Shown here: positions 55,053 through 64,000 of the stretch, in pieces
How positions within the stretch are numbered: the first letter of the stretch is position 1
Layout of the letters: every line of letters begins with the position of its first letter
Assembly (NCBI GenBank): GCA_964016885.1
Contig: OZ024748.1
Location: 5,146,001 to 5,210,000 of the forward strand
DNA length: 64,000 nt
Reading direction: 5' to 3'
Origin: Eledone cirrhosa
Taxonomy: Eukaryota
Notes under the pieces: generated by a model
Told to the model about the DNA's origin: nothing
Databases searched by the model: none
What the model saw: only the letters and a program-made list of their open reading frames with translations
Made by a program: the position numbers and the translations under genes

Positions 55053-55326
55053 GATAAAAATCCCTTTGACCATGAATATCCATAGTTGATTGTGTAAGTT
55101 TCTTGCACGAGTTGAAGCGGGAAAGTTGATGAAATTTATCAGCCGTTCTAAACATCGTAGGACAGAACTAATTCCACTTTACAAGACCTTCGTGTAGTAT
55201 TTGAAGCTGATGAGATAGAATGAAACCCTAGGCTGTCTAACAGTGATCATCTGCGCAAATATTTCAGTTGAATAATCTACTTACGACAGCTGCAATGCCG
55301 AAACTCTCTGATAACACCTACTTTAT

Positions 55327-55479
<153 letters not shown>

Positions 55480-56070
55480 CGAGTGTGCGCGTTTGTCTGT
55501 GTGTTTGTGTGTACAAATATTTCTGCAATGCAGTGTTGCAGATGTTGACAGAGAGATACAGATAGGGGGGAATCACAGTATTGAACAGGAACTTTCATGT
55601 TACTGATATAGAAGTGAGATAACATTTTTAAATAATATGCTGACACTGATGAGTGGCTGAGAAAATGAGATGTAAAGAAATTTATATCACTGATTGAAAT
55701 ATTAACTATATAGATATCAACTTTTACCAGATGTCTTCTAGACGTTAAACAGATGTTGATTAGTCGAAAAGATTGGGTTGATATATTTTAGAGCAAAACA
55801 CTGGTTGAAATTATTAAAAGAATTAAAATTTCTGCGTTTCCTCGACCTCTATGGCGTATTTAAATTTATGCAAATTATAATGAATAGTCGAGCCTAGGTA
55901 AGCATTTGGTGCAGCATTCAGTTAATAACATTACACATCTGATGTGGAGCCCCGAAGACGAGACGGACCAGTGTCTTGCAGCTCCCACAGCCAAGCTGGT
56001 GGTAAATGTCATACTCCACATTTCTTTGGACCCACCAGTAAGGTCAAGAGGGGCACCCTGACGACTGGGC

Positions 56071-56162
<92 letters not shown>

Positions 56163-56181
56163 TTGTATGTGTGTATATGTA

Positions 56182-56217
<36 letters not shown>

Positions 56218-56274
56218 TGTGTGTGTGTGTGTGTGTGTGTGGGTGCGTGTGTGGGTGTATGAGAGAGAGTCCCT

Positions 56275-56410
56275 GGTTTTGTCGTTCAGTCGGGGGTAAC
56301 TACAGTAAGTAAGTTATTCGATATATTAGTTCAGTGTAAACATCATGTTTAATATAAAATTTACTTCTGCAGGACTGGAACTGTTTTATCCAAAAGTAAT
56401 CATCAAGGAT
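56275..56410 (-). mobile_element. family B remnant, degenerate
   Basis: ctgcaggactggaactgttttatcc...atcatcaagg plus the tail gttcagtcgggggtaac. Confidence 0.5.
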
Positions 56411-57959
56411 GGAAAGAAATACAAGATGCTATTAGTATCATACGTGGACGTGGAAATAAATATATATTTTAACGTATCGGACTTTAGCCCATCAACAAAG
56501 AGCAATGTTACGAGAGAGAGGAAGGGCACATTGAGATCGTGTTCTCGGTAAACACTTCAATTGAACTAATTTAATATTAGATTCTATTCGAGAGATCCTT
56601 AATTCATATATCTAATGATAAGGGCTAATACGGAAATAAGTGTTAGCCTACTAAAGACAACTACATAAATATCCCTCTATTTACCTAATATTTAAGGAAA
56701 TATACACAAGGAAATTTGCGGAAATATAAACGAATGCAATAACAGTAATTAGGAGATTCTTGTTTCTATGTATCTTATAATTAAACTAAACTGCTTGTAA
56801 CGGAAATAAACAGATGTAGTGAGAGTAAATTATTGGCTCAAATAGCAGGAAACTTCTCCTCCATAATCATTAATAGTATATAAACAATGCTAATGTGTAA
56901 AAGAAAATACTCTTTTGTCGACATTATCCAACATCCTTATGCATATTGGATAATGTAGTGTTAGAGGCAATCTCTGGCATTTGTAGGTCTTCCAAGTCTC
57001 TGAAACTGCAGTTGGGAAGAGGTTTAACTCTATGACATAGGCATGAGTAATTGTTTGCCTGTTCATAGAAAAGATGCGATCAACGAAGCGGTAAACTTTA
57101 CTTCTGAACGCAACTGATTATTTCCGACGGCAGGATACCACTGCTTGGTCGCTAGATATGTTAGAAATAACAGCAATCACTCTCAATTAACACCTTAATG
57201 CTTTAAAGAGTGAACGTCATTAGAACATGACATAGGCACTTCATTGCTAAAACATTCGCCAGCTGTTCACTACGGATCATAGATGTTTCGGCGCTTAAAA
57301 CAGAACATCGATCCGTTGCGCGCCCATGGCCTTTTATCCATCATAAGGCGATGAGGGAAAGAAGTAATAATGAAGAGAGAGGAAGAAAGAAAAATGAAGG
57401 AAGAAAAAAAAAGAAAAGAGAAAAAAGCGAAGTAAACATACCGATAGAAGGGAGGAACACTGGTCAATGGCACATGTATGTAAGTAATCGAAGAGACCCA
57501 AAGCACCACTGCAGACATACACACACGACCTCAAACTCAACATAGCTGAGCTTTGATAACAATCATAACAGTTACCTGGCTATATTAACAAAAGTTGCAG
57601 TATAATGTTTGAATGGCTAAGAAACCAATCAGTGGCGATCATCAAAGATAAAAAAATTATAACAACGAACTATCATACAATAGAAATTCACATTATAACA
57701 CACACAAAAGTCGGATGAAAGAAAAAGACCATGTTTGGAATCCCTTTTAACAAATAAGTTTACTACTTCGTCAGGCCTGACCTGGGGCTGACCTAGGGCT
57801 GAAGATTAACAATAAAGAAAATATATGAATAAATAATTGTTTAGTTTATCAACCACGTAATATTTAAATGCAAAGCTAACTTCGGCGGGATTTGAACTCA
57901 GAATGTAAAGGAACGTACCTCTATGTCACGAATCAGGCTCGAAAGAAAAAAATAATAAT

Positions 57960-58140
57960 GATTTCTAGTATAGGCACAAGGCCAGTAATTTGGGGGAAGG
58001 GGAAAGTCGATTAAATCGACCCCAGTACGTTACTGGTGCTTTATTTTATCGACCCCGTAAGAATGAAAGGCAAAGCTAACCTCAGTGGGATTTGAACTCA
58101 GAACGTAAAGGGCCGTACCTCTAAGCCATGAAGCAGGGTT
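57960..58140 (-). mobile_element. SINE family 1 (long variant), antisense; partial second copy at 57868-57940
   Basis: Reverse complement of the family consensus. Confidence 0.8.
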
Positions 58141-58752
58141 GAAAGAAAGAAATAGTAATAGCAACAAAAACAACAAAAAAAAGAAAGCAACAACAACAAC
58201 AACAAATAAAATCTGAGCTGGAAAAGAAGTTACACACCCAATAAAGGTGACATCTAACAATGAACTACTGTATGGCCATGGCTGGAACGCCTATATATAT
58301 ATATTTATATATATATATATATATATAAAATAACCCCACTACTTAATCTAGTCTGATCTAGGGGGCTAAACAACCAAAATAACAACAGGAACATAAACAG
58401 CCAAAAACAACAGCTTAAACAACTGCTAAAGGGTGTGAGTAGGAGACAACACAAGTTAACATTTGATAACAGACAAAATGTCCGACTTTGAGGAGCCCAG
58501 TAGCGATATATCTAATTGGACGTAATAAGATGTAACCATTACAAAATGTCGACTGCTGATGTTACAACAGATAAAATAACAACCGTAACTACAACAACAA
58601 TATTAAGATAACTACATAAAATATATAATGAAAGAATAAAAAGTCAAGACTGTAAGAGAATGGAAAGAATAACAGTTGGATTGAACTAAAAGTACGAAAG
58701 ATAAAAAAATTAGCTTGTTGTGATGGCTAGAAAGATGTTGGTTATGCGGGTG

Positions 58753-58784
<32 letters not shown>

Positions 58785-59312
58785 AATATATATATATATA
58801 CACTTATATATATATATATATACACTTATACACATACCCATACATACACACACATTATATATATACAATGTATATATATATATATATATATATACATGTA
58901 CATATATATATATATACATACATATGCATACACATATACACACACACATATATATATACATATATACACACACACATATATACTCATATATACACGCGTA
59001 TTCACAGACATATCTACATACATATAAACTCTTACACACACCCATATACATATATACACACTCATATACATATATCTATACACACTCATATGCAAATACA
59101 CACACACATATATACTCATATATACACGTATATACACAGATATATATACATACATATATACTCATACACACACACACATACACACAAATATATATATATA
59201 TACGTCCATAGAGTAGCAAAGTTCTAATTAAAGTAATATTTCTTTAGCCTTAAATGAAATGTTTTATATCATTGTTTAGTAAGGGGTGGGTTATTATGTT
59301 AAGATCTGAGTT

Positions 59313-59905
59313 ATTGGCAGTATCAGTAGAGGGTCGGACGCCATGCTTTCCAGCAAAGTTACGACCCTTTACGATCTGAGTTCAAATCCCGCCGAGGTTG
59401 ACTTTGCCTTTCATCCTTACGGGGTCGATAAAATAAAGTACCAGTAATGCACTGAGTAATTGCTGGCCTTGTGCCTAAAGTAGAAACAATTATATTATTA
59501 TTATTATTGTGGATTGGCAGTATCAGTAGAGGGTCGGACACCATGCTTTCCAGCATAGTTACGTCCCTTTACAATCTGAGTTCAAATGCCGCCGAGGTTG
59601 ACTTTACCTTTCATCCTTACGGGGTCGATAAAATAAAGTACCAGTAATGCACTGGGTAATTGCTGGCCTTGTGCCTAAAGTAGAAACAATTATATTATTA
59701 TTATTATTGTGGATTGGCAGTATCAGTAGAGGGTCGGACACCATGCTTTCCAGCATAGTTACGTCCCTTTACAATCTGAGTTCAAATCCCGCCGAGGTTG
59801 ACTTTGCCTTTCATCCTTACGGGGTCGATAAAATAAAGTACCAGTAATGCACTGGTTAATTTGCTGGCCTTGTGCCTAAAGTAGAAACAATTATTATTAT
59901 TATTA
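59313..59905 (+). mobile_element. head-to-tail trimer of SINE family 1 (~200-bp period)
   Basis: Three near-identical copies joined by the same tatattattattattattgtgga linker. Confidence 0.9.
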
Positions 59906-60106
59906 TTCATCTATTACGTTAGCATTGGCGTAAATATGCTCCAGTTCTGTTATTATTTTTATTGTTGTTGGGGTCAGAACCTGTATTTAAGGGTGTTTAA
60001 GATTATGCTGCTTTTAACAGATAATAATGTTTTCTTCAAAGAGATTATTTACTAAGAGGAAAGAGAGGCCCGCTTGTATTTTATAGACGAAACACAGCAC
60101 ATTACA

Positions 60107-60155
<49 letters not shown>

Positions 60156-60533
60156 AGTGTGTTATATACATACATATAGATAAACATATATGCTTATAAA
60201 TGCATATATATGTACACACAAATATATATATATATATACAATATATTTAGAAACACACAGATACATGCGGACACACACATATATACATGAATGCATCCGC
60301 ACCCAACTGTGAGTTAAGGGTGCCAACTTCACCGATGTTGCTCAATGAATGACTGGGACAGACCAATTCAGTTGAACTAGACTGAACCAGTATCAGAGTT
60401 AAAAATACATTATGAAGAGAGAAGAAACATTTAGATATAATTAGTAATAAAATGTATCATACCTAAATATACATATATATATATATACATATATATTTTG
60501 CTTAAACTTTAATCTGTTATTTTAATAAATATA

Positions 60534-60599
<66 letters not shown>

Positions 60600-60601
<2 letters not shown>

Positions 60602-60860
60602 CTCGTTTTCGAGTACGGCCACTACTTTATATCCATGTAGGAGAACCCCTACCGATGCGCTGAACGAGTGTGACTTTTTAGTCCAGCCAGCGACTTGAAA
60701 ACTCTGGTACAAACACTACACTTGTGACAATTATTGACACATAGTGCTGGGCCCATGGTACCATGTGATAACAAGTGCAGAGAGATCTCCAGATATAAAG
60801 CAATCCTGTGCCGTGAAGCTTTTATAGTGAGCAAAGGCTCTGCACAAAGCCAGTCCCACT
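60600..60860 (-). mobile_element. RTE/BovB-like LINE 3' end encoding a C2H2-like motif
   Basis: CSVCTRVFKSLAGLKSHTRSAHR* resembles the terminal CxxC..SxxGLxSHxR motif of RTE-BovB ORFs. Confidence 0.55.
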
Positions 60861-61267
60861 CTCTTAACCAAGATGATATTTACCAAAAAGAAGAACAAGT
60901 CAACATCATTGGATACCATCAGGGCTGCAGGTGTTATATCAGAGTTTTCCTTCTCCTAGAATTCTGCCTTGACAAAGGCTAAGGGGTCATCTCTCCCGGT
61001 GATTTTGGATGGCCATTGACTCTTAAGAGCTCCTTTGCCCTTTCACAGGTTTTGTTTTTAGTCCCGCAGGATGTCCAAAGTCACCCTCATCACTAAGAAA
61101 CCTTGGTGGGGCTGCCAGTTTAGTCGCCAACGACCCGATCATGGGACATGTTGTACTGGGATGCATGTTACCAGTAGCACCAACTGTTGACCTGACATAT
61201 ATATATATATGGAGAGTAGTGGCCTGAAAAACACAGCTGTGCTTAAGGATATATATATATATTTATA

Positions 61268-61357
<90 letters not shown>

Positions 61358-61619
61358 CTTTTGGTCCCCTGCCATCACCATTGGTCTGGCCTCTTCTCAT
61401 CCGTCATTGCTGCGTGTCCGGGAAACAGGGGCATCTGTATGGCCCATGATATCAATCGCGTATGCAATGCTTAGGTCGGTTCTCCAATGGCCATTTATTT
61501 TCCAGAAGCTGGCTTCAAAGTCACAACTTGTCTGCCTTCATCACAAGGATAAAATCGGTAGCTACTTGAAAGGTTGTCACATCTACCTCGATTTTGAAAT
61601 CGGAGTGATCCTTCTAGAC

Positions 61620-62102
61620 CAGAGGTAGTCAACCTGTGTTGCTGGCACACCCAACGAGTGCGAGGTTCAGTCCTTTATTTTTTTTTCATTTTACTTCGCA
61701 TTATTCAGGGCGGTGAATAGGCAGTATCGATAGAGGGCCGGACAAGCTTTCCAGCATAGTTACGGCCCTTTACGGTCTGAATTCAAATCCCGTCGAGGTT
61801 AACTTTGCCTTTCCTCCTTACGGGGGTCGATAAAATAAAGTACCAGTAATACACTGGGATAATTGCTGGCCTTGTGCCAAAAGTAGAAACAATTATTCAG
61901 TGTTTCGTAGCTTTCAATTTGTTTCCTAGTTTTTATTTAATTAAATCATAGAAGTTAATTAATTAAATGGTAGCAGTTAAGTAGCTGATCATTTGACCTG
62001 AAAATTCAAGTTCCTTTTGTCACATGTGCTAGGCCTAAGTGTGCGGGAGGGAGTTTAAAAATCTCAAGTGGTGCCGCGATAGAAAATAGTTATGAACCGT
62101 TG
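61620..62102. mobile_element. non-autonomous hAT/Charlie-type DNA transposon
   Basis: Identical 8-bp TSD TTCTAGAC at 61612-61619 and 62103-62110. Degenerate TIRs CAGAGGTAGTCAAC / GTTATGAACCGTTG. Confidence 0.75.
61709..61891 (+). mobile_element. SINE family 1 nested in the hAT element, 9-bp TSD attattcag
   Basis: TSD at 61700-61708 and 61892-61900. Confidence 0.88.
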
Positions 62103-62380
62103 TTCTAGACAGACTTCTAACCATGACTAACAAGTTCTGTTTACCTCTATAAGATGGCCGTTGACTCTCCTGAATTCTACCACCCTTTGAGAAGTTTTGT
62201 TTCATCTCTCACACTGTCTCACCCCCCCCTCACCAAGTAATATTGGAGGGGATACCCGTTTAATCACTATCGACCCAACCAAATGACTTATTGTACTGGG
62301 TTACATGTTACCAATAGCGATCGACATGTATAAACAATAATACAAACTTCAGAAATTTGAGTTTTGATGAATTAATAGAT

Positions 62381-62430
<50 letters not shown>

Positions 62431-62435
<5 letters not shown>

Positions 62436-62920
62436 ATACATGGGGAGGGTCATATTGAACACACTCACTGTTTGGTTTGTTTTCGCTTGTGTATCTTTTA
62501 TATCAGTTAACTTATTTGGTCCTCAATGTTGCCATTGACTGACCAACGGTCAAAATTACTGATACAATATAGCCACAAACACATATATATATTCTAACAA
62601 AGTTCTTTCGTTGCACATCTGCAACATCGTCAGTGGTGCTATTATGTTTCCTCCTGTTGTATGTCTACGCCATCTTTATTTAATCTGTTTATTTATTTAT
62701 TTATTTATTTATTTATGTTTGTCTTCTTCTCTACGCATGCGTTTGCGTGTGTGTATAGTGCTTGATGTGTGTTCGCGTTTGGGTGACTGTGTTTTGGTTA
62801 TTGTATTCTATCTTAGATTAATAGTGTGTGTTTATATGTGTTTGTTGTTACAGTGAGTGTGTTCTGTTATTAATTCTGGCAATATTATTACAACAATATG
62901 ACCCTCCCCAAGTATAACAA
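62431..62920. mobile_element. ~490-bp element with 27-bp inverted ends (MITE-like or Penelope fold-back)
   Basis: ttgttatacatggggagggtcatattg / caatatgaccctccccaagtataacaa. Related ends at 3120-3230 and 17270-17395. Confidence 0.6.
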
Positions 62921-62963
62921 TAATTGTTTCGACACACGATTTCATATCAAAAACCTCGCAAAA

Positions 62964-63007
<44 letters not shown>

Positions 63008-63408
63008 CATTACATACACACCTAATATACATATATATACACATATATAAACATACATACATCGTTATACTGTCTAAAAAATACAAAAAATTATAAAATG
63101 AGTATGGAAATACATGTTAACCTCCAATGATTTGCTCCTCTTTTCACAATAGCCTGACATCAACCAGTTTGATTTATTTATATAAATGTCAATTTAATTG
63201 TTCAACTTATCTACTGGCCAAAGAACGGAATTATTCCCATTAATTATAACGCCGTGTTCAAAGAAATACAGTTCACAGACGTATATCTATTTGCATGGAA
63301 TTGTCTCCCATGTATAATATTTGTTAAAAGACACCGAACAAATAGCTATAAGTCAAGCAGAAACTGTACACACACACACACACTCATATACACACACACA
63401 CGCCCACA

Positions 63409-63474
<66 letters not shown>

Positions 63475-63575
63475 TGTCGGTGTGTCTTTCTCTATATATT
63501 CAAGGATATGTGTGTATATGTGTGTATATATACGTTTGATTTTCACAAACGGGGTGAAAAAACAGCTCGATGCGT

Positions 63576-63684
<109 letters not shown>

Positions 63685-63731
63685 TAAAATAACTCGATGC
63701 ATAAAACAGTATATATATATATATATATATG

Positions 63732-63790
<59 letters not shown>

Positions 63791-63808
63791 ACTCGATGCG
63801 TAAAACAG

Positions 63809-63849
<41 letters not shown>

Positions 63850-63902
63850 ATATACACATATATATATATATATATATATACTGTTTTACCCATCGAGTTA
63901 TT

Positions 63903-63998
<96 letters not shown>

Positions 63999-64000
63999 TA

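Noticed and set aside
60649-60834. Host C2H2 zinc-finger gene exon
   Set aside because: A single finger directly before a stop, without TGEKP linkers, fits an RTE LINE terminus better.
61359-61380. miR-133-like start TTTGGTCCCCT
   Set aside because: The match stops after 11 nt and there is no hairpin.

Overview
AT-rich eukaryotic (animal) intergenic or intronic DNA with a 200-N assembly gap at 27721-27920. It is saturated with (TA)n/(CA)n/(GA)n/(TAG)n microsatellites and minisatellites. Nearly all listed ORFs are translated simple repeats, and I can support no host protein-coding gene. The real coding remnants are LINE fragments: CR1-like RT at 53195-54155 and RTE-like pieces at 11175, 30125, 37915, 40385 and 60649. 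Also present are two tRNA-derived SINE families (about 20 copies, including a tandem trimer and a 42 x 20-bp array made from a SINE 5' end), a hAT/Charlie-type MITE with an exact 8-bp TSD and a nested SINE, and two tRNA-like pseudogenes. The repeat landscape suggests a coleoid cephalopod such as Octopus (inference). The most striking signal is a dense set of short elements embedded in (TA)n that carry type I hammerhead-ribozyme-like motifs (CUGANGA...GAAA...NUH). They fall into at least five sequence families, are often folded back into inverted repeats, and several share a downstream GTATYGAGYAC motif. This resembles terminal remnants of Penelope-like elements or retrozyme-like mini-elements. 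All structures were read by eye; none is computationally or experimentally validated.
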